Origin: Proteromonas lacertae
Lineage: Eukaryota
Direction: 5' to 3'
DNA: 57,734 bases
Assembly (NCBI GenBank): GCA_002245135.1
Contig: NGBS01001196.1
Location: forward strand, 1 to 57,734
In this document: piece by piece, positions 11,901 through 24,799 of the stretch
Numbering within the stretch: the stretch's first letter is position 1
Layout: every line of letters starts with the position of its first letter
Position numbers and translations under genes: made by a program
The notes under the pieces: model-generated
Told to the model about the DNA's origin: nothing
Database searches by the model: none
The model's input: the letters and a program-made list of their open reading frames with translations, nothing else

Positions 11901-13740
11901 TGTGATTTACAACATGGTAAAAAAGTGAGTTCGAGTGATTTGATGAAAGCGTATGATGCGTTTGATTTTAATGGAGTTGGGAGATATATATTGTTTTTAT
12001 TTATTCAGTTGATCTTGTATAGTTTCTTAGCTATTTTAGGTGATTATATTTTATCTTATCCTCTATTGAAACAGAAAGTATTTCCTGATAAAAACTTACC
12101 GAAAAGAGAATATGTTGATGATGAAGATGTGAAGAAAGAACAAGAAAGAATAGAAAAGAGAGAACCACATGAAAGTGGAAAAGAAGAAACTATTCAAGTC
12201 AGAGGTTTGAGAAAAGTTTGGAATGGTAAAAAGATAGCTGTTGAAGATTTGAATTTTGGTTTGATTCCTGGAACTTGTTTTGGATTTTTAGGTATTAATG
12301 GTGCAGGTAAAACAACAACATTAGAAATGTTAAGTGGTGATATAATTCCAACAAAAGGAACAGCCAAAATCAATAAATTAGGATATTCTAACTGATCAAA
12401 TTGAAGTTAGAAGATTATTAGGTTATTGTCCACAATTTGATGCATTATTAGATTTACTAACAGTTAAAGAACACTTGAATTTATTCGCTAAAATCAAAGG
12501 TGTTCCAGATGATATAATCGATGATGTAGTAAATGAAAAGATTGATCAAATGGATTTAGGAAAATTTGTGAATAAAACAGCTGGATCATTAAGTGGAGGA
12601 AATAAACGAAAGTTAAGTGTAGCAATTGCTTTAATAGGAAATCCTCCATTAGTATTCTTAGATGAACCATCAACAGGAATGGATCCAGTAGCTAGAAGAC
12701 ATATGTGGAATATTATAGCTGATATAACAATCAAGAGATGTGATACAACAATAATTTTAACAACTCATTCAATGGAAGAAGCTGAAGCGTTATGTACATT
12801 GGTTGGAATAATGGTAGGTGGAAGATTGAGATGTTTAGGATCAATTCAACACTTGAAGAATAGATTTGGTCAAGGATATATGTTAGAAATCAAATTAAAA
12901 GAGAATAAAGAAGATGATATTAAAGAGATTGTTTCTAAAATCAGAAGTATAGATGGTGATTTAATTAAAAGAAATGATTTAGCAAGTGTATGTAAAGAAT
13001 TAGGAGATGAAAATAGAAGTAATTTAATTAATGAAGTGGATAGTGGTTGGTCAGTAGATTGTGAATTGAATAAACATGGAGTTGTAAGTAAAACATTCTT
13101 TGCTGATTGGTGGAAATTAGAAGATAGAGTAAATGAATTGAACGACACTTTAATTGAGATGTTTGTAGAAGTGGAGTTGTTAGAAAGACATGATACATAT
13201 TTAAGATTCAAGATTGATGTTCCTAATTTGAAATTAGGTCAATTATTTGGTTTGATTGAAGGTAAGAAAGATGAAATGTCAATTAAAGAATATAGTTTTG
13301 CACAAACATCCTTAGAACAGATATTTAATTACTTTGCTGCTGAACAAGAGGAAGAAACTGGTGAAATTAGAGGAATGAAGAAGCAGAAATCAGAGAGAAA
13401 AACAGCTGTTAGTAGTGGTAATAAAAATAATGAAAATGATGATAAATTGCCAGTTACTGTTGATGTAGATAAGAAAGTGGAAGAAGAAGTAGAAGAAGCA
13501 ACAACAACTCCAGTAAAAGAAGAAGAAAAGAAAGAAGAAGAAGAAGAAGAAAAAAAAATAAAAGTAAATAATGATGAAGAAGTGAAAGAAGAAATAGAAA
13601 AACCAACAGAACAACCTGAAACTAACAATACAGATACTAAAGAAAAAGAAACAAAAGAAACAGATGAATCTACTGATGTAAATAATGAAAATAAATCAAA
13701 TAATGACAATCAACCTCCAAAAGATATAGAGATGGTGTGA
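7500..13740 (+). CDS. ABCA: Full-length ABC transporter subfamily A (two TMD-NBD halves) with acidic low-complexity tail
   Basis: N-terminus LWLMLKKTWLLKIRHP after a 26-nt intron (7507-7532). NBD1: LLGHNGAGKTT, LSGGQKRKLS, LDEPTSGMDP, LTTHFMDEAD. NBD2: FLGINGAGKTT, LSGGNKRKLS, LTTHSMEEAEALC, SLEQIF. Probable indel errors near 9362 and 12378. Two introns contain (AT)n runs. Confidence 0.95.
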
Positions 13741-13869
13741 TTTGATGATTATGAATTATATATATTCTATTATTATATTCAACTTAACCCATTTTTGTTT
13801 TGAATGATAAAAATGAATTATTAAGAGGTTTGAATACTTGTTTGACTTATCTCATCATTTAATTTGAAA

Positions 13870-14636
13870 ATGGAAGTGTATAACCTACTTGTTTATTTTA
13901 TATTAATAGTGAAACTGATAATAAAAGATGTAATAATTGAATTGATTATAATTATTAGCTTTTAGTAGATCTGGTTCAAGATCTCTGTCAAGATCTAGGT
14001 CTAAATCTCATTCTAGATCTGCTAATAGATCAAGAGAAACATCCAGAGACAGGTCCAGGGAAAAATCACCAGAAAGAAGAAGTAGTAGAAGTCAAATGAG
14101 GGATGACGATAGTATATAATAAATCTAAGCATATTCTTTTTTAACCTAATAGGATTGTGCAATTTTTGCCATAAATCGGGTCATTTAATGAGAAGTTGTC
14201 CAGAAATTGAGTGTAGAATATGTCATGAACATGGTCATATGCAACGTCAATGTCCTCAAAATCGATCTAGATTAGATAATAGTAGAGTGTATAATAATTA
14301 TGAAGTAAATTGAGTGTATAGGTGCTATAACTGTGGTAAACCAGGTCATTTTGCAAGAGATTGTCGTGCTCCTGTATGTTGACATTATATATATGTGTTT
14401 GTTAATAGAAAAGAGAAGATAGTGGTGGTAGATATGGTGGTTATAATCATAATGATAGTCATGGTAGAGATTATCATCGTCATAGTCGTAGTAGAAGCAG
14501 AAGTAGAAGCAGAAGTAGAAGTCATCATAATAGATATGATGATAGAAGATATGAAAGAAGAGATGATGATAGGTATAGAAGAGATGATGATAGATCAAGA
14601 AGGGATGATGATAGATATAGAAGAGATAAATATTGA
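13870..14636 (+). CDS. RS/RD-rich RNA-binding protein with three CCHC zinc knuckles; not represented in the ORF track
   Basis: Spliced reading gives SRSGSRSLSRSRSKSHSRS..., CNFCHKSGHLMRSCP, CRICHEHGHMQRQCP, CYNCGKPGHFARDC, then RSRSRSRSRS and RRDDDR repeats, ending at TGA 14634-14636. Confidence 0.85.
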
Positions 14637-14902
14637 TTTTTCTTTGTTGTTTTTGTTTTGTTTTTGTTTTGTTGAATATAATTGTATGATTGATTTTGTA
14701 TTTTGTATGGTATATATGACTTCCACTAGTGATTACAAATTATAGTACGATCTTAGTTATTATACATTTTCTTAATGAACATACTTTATAAGTGTGATAT
14801 GGTGAAAAAAAATAATCTTAAAATACATTATGTTATCTATCTTTATAGTATATGTAAAAATTCCATAAAATTTCAAAATAGATTTTAAAAGATTATTTTA
14901 AA

Positions 14903-16100
14903 ATGCATAAATTGCAGATATTAAACGCAAATAATGTAAATGAATTAAAAGCTGTAAAAAGTAGAGAATACTGGCTAATTATTGTATAAAATATACTTAT
15001 ATATAGAGTCAAATAGTTTTACTAGTTGCTGGATGTTTATTTATGCTATTAGATGTGAAATGGCAATGGATTACAGGGATATTATTGTTTTTATCTAGTG
15101 TGATATTGATCTTTACATTTTTCTCACTTTGTTCTAGTTATGACTATTGCTGCTTGAGATTTTCTGATTTTTTGAGAAGTTGTTGTTGCTGTAGATGGGA
15201 TTTATGTTTTCAAGGTTCTAAATGTTGTGGTTGTAAGTGTTGTAAAGAAAGAATATGTAAAAAATGTAATGAAAAGAAAAAAGAGAATGAAAACAGTGTA
15301 AATAGAAATAATAATGCCAATAGAAATGAAGAAAACCAAAATGAAGAAAATAAAGTAAGAAAATGTTGTAAATGTGATTGTTGTGCAATTGATAGATGTG
15401 ATGATTGTAAGAGATATAATAAGGATTGTTGTTGTTGTAGTAATTGTTGTAATGGTTGTTGTTATAATTTGTGGTACAAAAGATGTTGTGGATGGTGTAG
15501 AAATAATTATAGAGGGAAATGTGTAAATTGTTGGTGTATTAGTTGTATTATAGAATATATTTGTTGTTGTATGCCTTGTAGAAGTCTTATAAATTATGCA
15601 GTAATAGAAGATATAGCAGACGATGATCCAGCTCCTAATATAAAGATTCAAAGATGTAAAGGTGGCTTTCCATGCGCATTTTATCCTACTCCATGTCAAT
15701 CTTTTGGAACTGAATTAACTGTTCATGCACATTTTATTGTAAATATTTTATATGTATATGTTATATATATATATTATTGTATGAATAAGTAGATAATTGT
15801 GATTATAGCTAAAATGGTATGGAGAATTAATGTAAAAGTTGATTATGAAGAATGTATAAAACATAGTAATAACTGTAATAAAGATCATATAAAGAATTTT
15901 TGGTTGAATATGTTACTTTACTTATTATTGATGTGTCTATTTCTAGTAATAATAGTATATTATATTGATGTTATTGTTAGGTAATTAATTGTAGTGTTGG
16001 AAGAAATGTAATTTATTATCGAGTAGTACAATCATCCAAATCTCGTAAAGAGAATGTAGAAAGTAATAATAACCTAGTTAACAATGTTTCGAATATATAG
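14903..16100 (+). CDS. Cys-rich four-pass membrane protein, paralog A
   Basis: ATG 14903; the 23-nt intron 14984-15006 joins it in frame to the 15043 ORF. Two TM segments, a long Cys-rich loop, then two more TM segments after further short introns. One likely indel near 16012. Confidence 0.7.
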
Positions 16101-16209
16101 TGCTTTTACTTTAGTTTTTTTTAATTATTATCACAGATATTAAATTCTTTTTATAAGTATGTAAAAATTCCATAAAATTTCAAAATAGATTTTAAATCTT
16201 TTTTTTTTA

Positions 16210-18419
16210 ATGCAAAAATTACAAATACTAAACATAGAGAATGATTATGAATGTTGTGATTGTTTAAGAGAGCGAGAATTTTGTACATCATGCCAAAGAA
16301 GAGAGTGCTGGTTATTAATAGTATAATTTCTATGTTATAAATAGAATCCTATAGTATTGATAATAATAGGAATTATAACTGTAATACTATTAACGAATAG
16401 CGTTATAGTCATTGTTGTGGTAGTGATTATTACTCTTTTGAATTTCTTTATTACATTAACAACTCTTATTCCTGGATATGACTATTGCTGCTTGAGATTT
16501 TCTGATTTTTTGAGAAGTTGTTGTTGCTGTAGATGGGATTTATGTTTTCAAGGTTCTAAATGTTGTGGTTGTAAGTGTTGTAAAGAAAGAATATGTAAAA
16601 AATGTAATGAAAAGAAAAAAGAGAATGAAAACAGTGTAAATAGAAATAATAATGCCAATAGAAATGAAGAAAACCAAAATGAAGAAAATAAAGTAAGAAA
16701 ATGTTGTAAATGTGATTGTTGTGCAATTGATAGATGTGATGATTGTAAGAGATATAATAAGGATTGTTGTTGTTGTAGTAATTGTTGTAATGGTTGTTGT
16801 TATAATTTGTGGTACAAAAGATGTTGTGGATGGTGCAAAAATAGCGATTGTTGTATGTGTTGTAAATCATTTGTAGATTATGAAGTAATAGAAGATATAG
16901 CAGACGATGATCCAGCTCCTAATATAAAGATTCAAAGATGTAAAGGTTGTTGTCCATGTACTTTTTATCCTATACCTTGCTATTCATGTGGTGCAGAATA
17001 TAGTGCTAGTACAAATACTATATTAGATGTTATATTTGTATATGTAAATCTGTTTATTTATTTAGATTGCAATTTTCATTATTTTACTGATATATAAATG
17101 TGGACTTAAATCTGACTATAATGAATGTATTAAACATAGCAAAAAATGTAATGAAGACCATGTAATTAATTACGATAGAGATGTATGTTTAATGATTGTA
17201 TTTTTGGCAACTATAGTTATAACTGGAGTATTTTTGTTATTAATATTAATCTAGATCTTTAATATCTGCGTTGGAAGGAATTTATTATATTTTCGTATAG
17301 CTCAAGCTGCTAATGGTAAACTAAACTATTATAATTATATGAAAATACCTATAAACGAAGATATAATTATGGAAGAAGGAAGATCTCGACTATTAGAGCC
17401 AAAAATAAAAGCAAAAGGAGAAGAAAAACCAAATACAGAAGAAGAAACAAAACCAAAAACAGAAAAAGAAACAAAACCAAAAGAAGAAACAAAACAAATA
17501 CAGAAGAAGAAACAAAACCAAAAGAAGAAGAAGAAACAAAACCAAAAGAAGAAGAAGATACAAAAACAAAAGAAGAAGATACAAAAACAGAAAAAGAAAC
17601 AAAACCAAAAGAAGAAGAAGATACAAAAACAAAAGAAGAAACAAAAACAAATACTAATACAGAAGAAGAAGAAGAAACAAAAACAAACACAAAAGAAGAA
17701 AAACCAAATACAGAAGAAGAAACAAAACCAAAAGAAGAAGAAGATACAAAAACAAAAGAAGAAACAAAAACAAATACTAATACAGAAGAAGAAGAAGAAA
17801 CAAAAACAAACACAAAAGAAGAAAAACCAAATACAGAAGAAGAAACAAAACCAAAAGAAGAAGAAGATACAAAAACAGAAAAAGAAACAAAACCAAAAGA
17901 AGAAGAAGATACAAAAACAAAAGAAGAAACAAAAACAAATACTAATACAGAAGAAGAAGAAGAAACAAAAACAAACACAAAAGAAGAAAAACCAAATACA
18001 GAAGAAGAAACAAAACCAAAAAAGAAAAAGAAACAAAACCAAAAGAAGAAACAAAAACAAATACAGAAGAAGAAACAAAACCAAAAGAAGAAGAAAACAA
18101 AACCAAAAGAAGAAGAAGATACAAAAACAAAAGAAGAAGATACAAAAACAGAAAAAGAAACAAAACCAAAAGAAGAAGAAGATACAAAAACAAAAGAAGA
18201 AGATACAAAAACAGAAGAAGAATACAAAACAGAAGAAGAAACAAACAAAAGAAGAAAAACAAAACAAAAGAAGAAGAAGATACAAAAACAAAAGAAGAAA
18301 CAAAACCAAAAGAAGAAGAAAAACCAAATACAAATACAGAAGAAGAAGAAGAAAAAAAGATTGAAATTACTATTAGTAAACCAACAGAAATTGAAAAAAA
18401 AATTTGTAATATAATATAA
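16210..18419 (+). CDS. Cys-rich four-pass membrane protein, paralog B, with long E/K/T repeat tail ending KKICNII* (CaaX-like)
   Basis: Introns 16321-16344, 17038-17065 and 17228-17254 join in frame to 17339. The repeat tail reads EEETKPKEEEDTKT... once A-run indels are allowed; the terminal frame is EIEKKICNII TAA (18417-18419). Confidence 0.68.
17420..18355 (+). repeat. Coding minisatellite (A-rich; higher-order unit up to 123 bp = KPNTEEETKPKEEEDTKTKEETKTNTNTEEEEETKTNTKEE)
   Basis: The unit recurs at 17701 and 17824 and is built from shorter gaagaaacaaaaccaaaa modules. Confidence 0.9.
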
Positions 18420-18490
18420 TTGTTATACATACTAATTAATTAAACATTTATCATTATTATCAACAATAAAATCATAATCATCTAAGTTGA

Positions 18491-19545
18491 TTAAAGAAAA
18501 GATATTACATAATTATAAAAAGATATATAACCATAAATACTAACTGTAATACTGCAAGCAGAACTACTACACTTACCTGCAAAACCATTATAATCCTTAT
18601 CAACTAAACATTTATATTTACTCATCGAATGACTTCCTAATTGTAAATCAGTCGAAACAGCAATGAATGAAATTGTAGAATAAATACTATCAGAAACAAA
18701 CAAGTCTTCATTTTTATCCCAAATATGATGAACTCCAATTGGGATTGAAACAGCATTAAATGCATTATATTTCACATCACTTGTATTAAAAACTAGTTTT
18801 TCTTTGTTTTTCTCTAGTAAACTAATCATCTCAGCCAATCGTACAATTCCTGGCACTGGATCATCCCATTGTTCAAAACAGTGAATATAATTAGTATAGT
18901 CTATGTATCTTTGACGTATTTCTTCAGATGTACAAACTGGAGCAGCAAAGGCTATTACTTTACTTTTATCTTTATATTTACATATATTATTCTCACAATA
19001 ATTAATATATCGTAAATAAGATAATACACATGTTGCTGCACCTAAACTATGACCAGTAAATATAATATTTTTAGCATTTGATTTTTCAATCAAATCTAAT
19101 ATACTGTTTTCTTTTGGCTTACCTTTTTCATTGAATGTTACACCAAACTCTTCTTCAGATCTATAAAAGAATCCTTGATGTATTTTGCCATTTCCTTTTC
19201 CAAAAGGCTGTACTTTATCAACATTAATATCAGCAAATATATCAACCCCATTTGATGTTCCTCTGTAAACTATCCACAATGTGCTTTTTACCATACCAAC
19301 AAAGCATTTAGCTTCCCAAAAATATGTACCTTTATAATTCTGAATAATTTCTTCCTACAGAATAAGTGTACATCATAATACATAATTATAAACAGAGCTT
19401 GCGACGCTAGCAGCTAGAACCATTTCTTCTTTCTACAACTTATATAGAATTAGTAAAATACTGTAGGAAATAATTTAGGATCTATTGCAACCTCTCGCGG
19501 AGCAATAATTTTAAGAGATAATATCAATATAATCAGTTTAATCAT
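18491..19545 (-). CDS. Secreted class 3 lipase (alpha/beta hydrolase)
   Basis: Signal-like MIKLIILILSLKII at 19545 and two short introns, then IVYRGT, IHQGF, IIFTGHSLGAA (nucleophile elbow), FAAP, DPVPGI and HSMSKY (catalytic His). Hydrophobic C-terminus. Confidence 0.88.
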
Positions 19546-19565
19546 TGTATAGATTTAAATAAAAC

Positions 19566-19599
19566 TAATACACGATAAATACATGTATTTGTGTTGTAT
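19566..19599. repeat. 34-bp direct repeat with 14-bp palindromic core, left copy
   Basis: taatacacgataaatacatgtatttgtgttgtat; the core aaatacatgtattt is self-complementary; 33/34 identical to 24012-24045. Confidence 0.9.
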
Positions 19600-19678
19600 T
19601 ACATTCTTTTTCAAAGAAATTAATTTTCATCAAACCAAACAGACTCTATCCCATAACTCTACATTTATTAGTTATTGA

Positions 19679-22600
19679 GTGATGCAAAAGTGTGATAGAT
19701 CATCAAGTTATGATAATATTAATAAATTAACTGCTAAAACCGAGTTTTTTCATACAGGAAAAATGATTTGTGTAAGTGAACGTACATTTATTTTGGTAAG
19801 AGAATGCTTCATGAGAATATACAGTGAGATGAAAAGAATCATTAAGAGTGGTATTGATTCAAAATTCCAGAAGTGCTTTTTGGTTTATGGTAATGAAAGA
19901 CTGGGTAAGACCACATCGTCCTATTTTGTGCTTCTACTGCTGAAAGAACTGTTTATCATTTTCGAGAAGATTATGGTGTAAAATTTGAAATAACAGTAAA
20001 TTTACCCACCACTAAAAGAAAAACGATAATAATCAGTGATAATTTTCAAATAAGAGAAGATGAATTTAGTAATAATGAAGTAGTAATAAAAGAGCTGCAA
20101 TACAGTTTTATATCACCCAATTCAATGAAAATGAAAAAAACTATGATGAGTTTGCTCGATATGATTTACCTTCATTTAGTTATACATCTGCAAAATTTAA
20201 AAGAAAGGATGTATAACGAAAAATGTTTTATTTATGATGTAGATAAAGTTAATGCCATTCCTGATCGATTGAAGTTTTTATCAGATGAAATAGCCAAAGA
20301 AATTTTATATAATCATTTTAATAACAAAGAGAATTATGAAGAATTATATAATGTGTTTAGGAAAGGAAGAAATGGTAATGTTTTTGAAAGAATGATTCAT
20401 ATTATTTTTGCTAATAGCAGCATGGATAAGGGATAAAATCAATTATTGATGTGGAAGAATATAGTAGAAACGATAAAATCAGTATTATCAAATTTACCAA
20501 CTACTTTGAATAGAGCTAGTACAACTTCTCTATCCAGTTACAAGAATTAAAGGATAGAATCATTCATTTGAATGAAAAACCACAAGAATGATTTAACAAC
20601 GTCATTATATAACCTATTAGATATTTATTCTACACAGATATGTTCATTACCATCAAATATAACAACCATAATAACTGAATTGAAGGACAAAATACTAGCA
20701 ATACAAAATCTACTACAACCACCTCAAATCTTTATGTTACAGAAATATCATAAACAAGATACTGAAATATTGAAGATTATACCAGGAATATTAAATAATA
20801 AAATAAATGAACTAGCAGAAGTTGAAAAGAAAATAATCCTAGAGAAAATATTTGATGTAATACCAAATCTAATAGAAATATTAAAGAATCAAATAAAGAG
20901 ATTATTATATGATGTACCACAAATTCAGATACAAGTATTACCATCAGGTCAAATAGAAATTTTACAAAGTGAAATACCAAAAGTTCAAATGCATATATTA
21001 CAGAATGAAATACAGGCATTACAAAGTGAACTACCAGCTGATGGAATGCAAATATTACAGAATCCATTACAAAAACAAAAGGAAGTATTACAAAATCAAA
21101 TAGAAATATTACTGGATGATATAACACCAAATCGAATAGAAATATTAAAGAATGAAATACATAAACTAAAAACTATTCCAGAATTAAGTAAACTAGATGA
21201 TTTACAGAATGAGTTGTATATAAAGGAGAAACTGTTCAGATCATTATTGCAATTGTTAGAAACAACAAACAATGATAAAATATTATTTGAGATTAGGTTA
21301 TGTAGTTTACATAATGAACTAAAAAAATACTTTGAACAAACTGATGAAATAAAGAAATTATCTGATTATTTACATTCATATAAGGAAAAATTACTTCAAC
21401 AGCCAGAATATGCATTATATTCATTATATTACCAGTTGTTATTTTGCCAGAAACAATTACAGTTAGTAGATATGTATGATATTGAATGGTAGAAACAATA
21501 GGAGATGATGTTGTTACTTTACATTATAGAAAACTTCTTCATGATTTAGATGATTATTTAGTGGATGAGTTTTACAATAACTTGGATGATAATAGAAAAG
21601 GAGAAATGAAAACAGAAATAATGAATGTATATTATTATTATTATAGTGGATAATTCAATATTCAATATAGTAATTGTCTCATACGATCATGATGAAGTAA
21701 AATCTCCATTTAAAGAAGGTGAAGTAAGCTTTGGAAAATATGGAGTGTTTAAAAATGAAATGATAAAGGAAATGAAAAAGAATTATAATTGGGATGAAGA
21801 TTCAGGAAGAAATAATAAAAAGAAAAGTAATACCGGAAATAATATATTGAGTGACGATCAAATGAAAATTATTGTTGCAATAAAATCAAAGAGGCTTCGA
21901 TTTAATACATTAAAAATGGGTTTAATAGAATTGCGTAAGTATCTAACATCTTTTAAAAGTGAAAAAGTAAAAGAAAAAAGATATATTAGGGAAGAAAAGG
22001 TATTAGAATTTCAACCTAAAGAATATTCAAATTTACTTATTAAAAAATATGAGCAAAAGAAAGATATTCCTGAAACTGTTATTGATAGAAATACTTTTTC
22101 CCAAATTTTTTATCATGCCTAATACAATTGAAAGAGATTTAACAAATTGTAATGTAAATGAAATAACAAATAATGATAAAATAACAATAATTAATGATGA
22201 ATGGAGAAAAATCAATTATAGTATAGAGTTAGATCCAAATGATGAAAAAGTAAAAAAAATGAAAGAATTGGATATTAATTCATGTGATACAAAAGAATTA
22301 GATGTTGCTTTTAATATTATTAAAGAAATGAAAGGTAGTTTATATAAATATTGTAAATCCTGTACAAGTATGTCATTACTGTTATTATTATATATTAATT
22401 ATAGAAACTAATTCTTTATGTGAAATATTTAATCATCCTTTATCATATTTTTGTTACAAAATATTATTGATTTAAATGATAAATTGGAAACAGAAATTAA
22501 TAAAATGAATGGGACGTTTATATATCCAATCCGAACATCGATATTTAAAAAAGGGAAAGAGGAGAAGCGTAATATGTATTACTTAGATAAATCAAATATA

Positions 22601-23911
22601 TTTCAATATAATCGTGATACATATGATAAAATTGATGATATAACAATATCTGATTCATATAATCTTGATGTGGGAGATGTTAAAACTAAAATTTCATTAT
22701 ATATTACTTCACCTGATTTTCAGAATTATGAAAATTTTTATTCATCTGAAGGTAAAAAGGTGTTTCATTATATGGATGTATTTAGTGATAAAGAGATAGT
22801 AGAATGGGAAGGAAAATGTTTAACTCCTGATTTAGTAAATACGGCAAAAGGATTTAATAAGAAATATGGAAATGTTCCAAGACATATTTACTATTCAGCA
22901 ATATATGATGTTTGTTATAAAAAGGATTATTGGGGTGAAATATACACAAAAGGTATTAAAAGAATTATTGGTGATCTTGGTTATATGGAATTTTTAATTA
23001 CTTATTTATATCTAAATGAACCAAACACAAAAGGAGAAGAAGTTAAGATATCTGAAAAAAGGACAGTATTGTTTGATACTACATTAAGTCATTATTTAGT
23101 GAAGTATTCTATACCATTTAAACAAGAATATAGAACAAGTAAATGTTATGATAGAATCAATGAAATATTTGATTATATTTATGATTGTATAAGACACAAA
23201 GCTGAAGAAGATGATGTAAAAGAAATACAAAAGTTGTTTGAAGATGTATCTGATGAAAAAGATCATCAATTATTTCAATTGTTATTTCAAGAATTAATAT
23301 GGTACAACTGTTTATATCATACAGATATATTAGAAGGAGATTTAGGTGTGAAATTAGAAAGAATAAATAAAGGTGATTTTGAAAAATATAAAGAATTATT
23401 TGATGGAGATATATACTCTACTACAAAGAAAGAAGGTGATGTATCAAAAGAGAATGAAGGAATATATTTGCTTCATTTAGCAACTCTAGAGAATAGAGAA
23501 ATGATTTATCTATTAAATAATTGCTTTATTTGTATAAGAGATGATGAAAGTGATATAAGAGTATTTAATGACTTAATTAAAATGTGTATGATATGTTTAA
23601 AATTAAAAATGGAATGGTCTAACTTCTATTATATTGCTGTTTCATCTAGAAGAAACAATTCACAACAATCAATTGTAAATGATGAACAACAAATAATATC
23701 ACACTTAATTGGAACAGGAAAAATGAAAGTTCAAGAAGTATTATTACCAACAGAAAATAAAAAAATAACAAAATTCTTTGTAGATGAAACAGAAATAACA
23801 TTATCTGGCAATATACAATTACAGCAATTTAAATGCCAATTCAATAAAGATGTTTATGGAAATAAATTTGATTTGAAAGTTATGAATAATGTTCCAATAG
23901 ATTTTGAATAG
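19679..23911 (+). CDS. Crinkler/RHS (retrotransposon hot spot)-like NTPase locus, two modules separated by a Q/L/E helical repeat; fragmented
   Basis: P-loop FLVYGNERLGKTTSSYF and RNGNVFERMIH in module 1. Module 2 has LYITSPDFQNYENF...HYMDVFSDKEI...FNKKYGNVPRHIY, matching the TSP...Y..F...YMP.WS.EE...GG.PR pattern of CR/RHS NTPases. Broken over several frames with no clear start codon. Confidence 0.6.
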
Positions 23912-24011
23912 AGAATTATTATTATTATTATATGTTTTTTTAATTGGAATGTTTTTTAAGGAATCAAGTAGTACCATCTCACTGTAAATAAAAACAAAAA
24001 ACATGTAATAA

Positions 24012-24045
24012 TAATACACAATAAATACATGTATTTGTGTTGTAT
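24012..24045. repeat. 34-bp direct repeat with 14-bp palindromic core, right copy
   Basis: taatacacaataaatacatgtatttgtgttgtat; matches 19566-19599 with one mismatch. Confidence 0.9.
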
Positions 24046-24799
24046 AAATTAATGGTTTTATACACTAAATTGTATTTATCAATTATTTATCTTATTATAA
24101 ATGTTAATTTATATGTTCATTATACTTAAACAAATAGAGATTACTATTTTGGTAAAGTAATCATGTGATTGTTTATAATATGCATCTAATATCCATATAT
24201 CAATAATGTTTTATTCATTTATTAGATTATGATTCAATAATAAATGCTCTTTAATTCTATTTTGAATATATATTCGTTTCATAATTACATAATTCCCTCT
24301 AAATCTATGTAGATAAATTTTTGCTATTAAAAAAAATATAGAGTGAATTAGTTTGTTATTTACTTTATGTATAACCATGTTATTAATATAAAGTAGTAAT
24401 TGATTTATTTTTTAGTCCAATTAGGTAATTAGATTAATCAGAATATGTCTACATTTATTATTCCTTGACATGAAGTGATTAAATAGAATTAAAATCTTTT
24501 GTTAGCTGTTTTCATTCTATTGATATTAATATTAGGCACTAATGTGATTTAGATTAATGGAGCAAATATTGCACATGCTTAATTCAAATTTTGTTGATGA
24601 AGTTTGTGTGTAAAATGAGTTGGAAAGAACATTAGGTATTTGCAGTATATTTAGCATTTTATTGTTTTATACTATATTAATATATAGAAACTAGTTGTAT
24701 GCTGTTGTCTTTTAACAGTTTAATCACAAACCAAAGATCCAAAAGAAGGGGGTAAAAACTAACTTCCTGTTTTTTGTTTATTTTCATATTTGTTCTGTT

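Noticed and set aside
13870..14636. Retroelement Gag (CCHC knuckles)
   Set aside because: The gene has five introns and RS/RD domains, with no protease, RT or LTRs; it is a cellular RNA-binding protein.
13329..16870. Antisense or off-frame ORFs (13329-13709, 13390-13614, 14272-14598, 14395-14745, 15202-15699, 16556-16870)
   Set aside because: Low-complexity shadows of real genes on the other strand or in another frame.
17420..18355. CRISPR-like array
   Set aside because: No unique spacers; it is a eukaryotic coding tandem repeat.
17335..18430. F/C/L-rich minus-strand ORFs and the K/Q-rich plus-strand ORF
   Set aside because: Shadow frames of an A-rich coding minisatellite that lacks stop codons.
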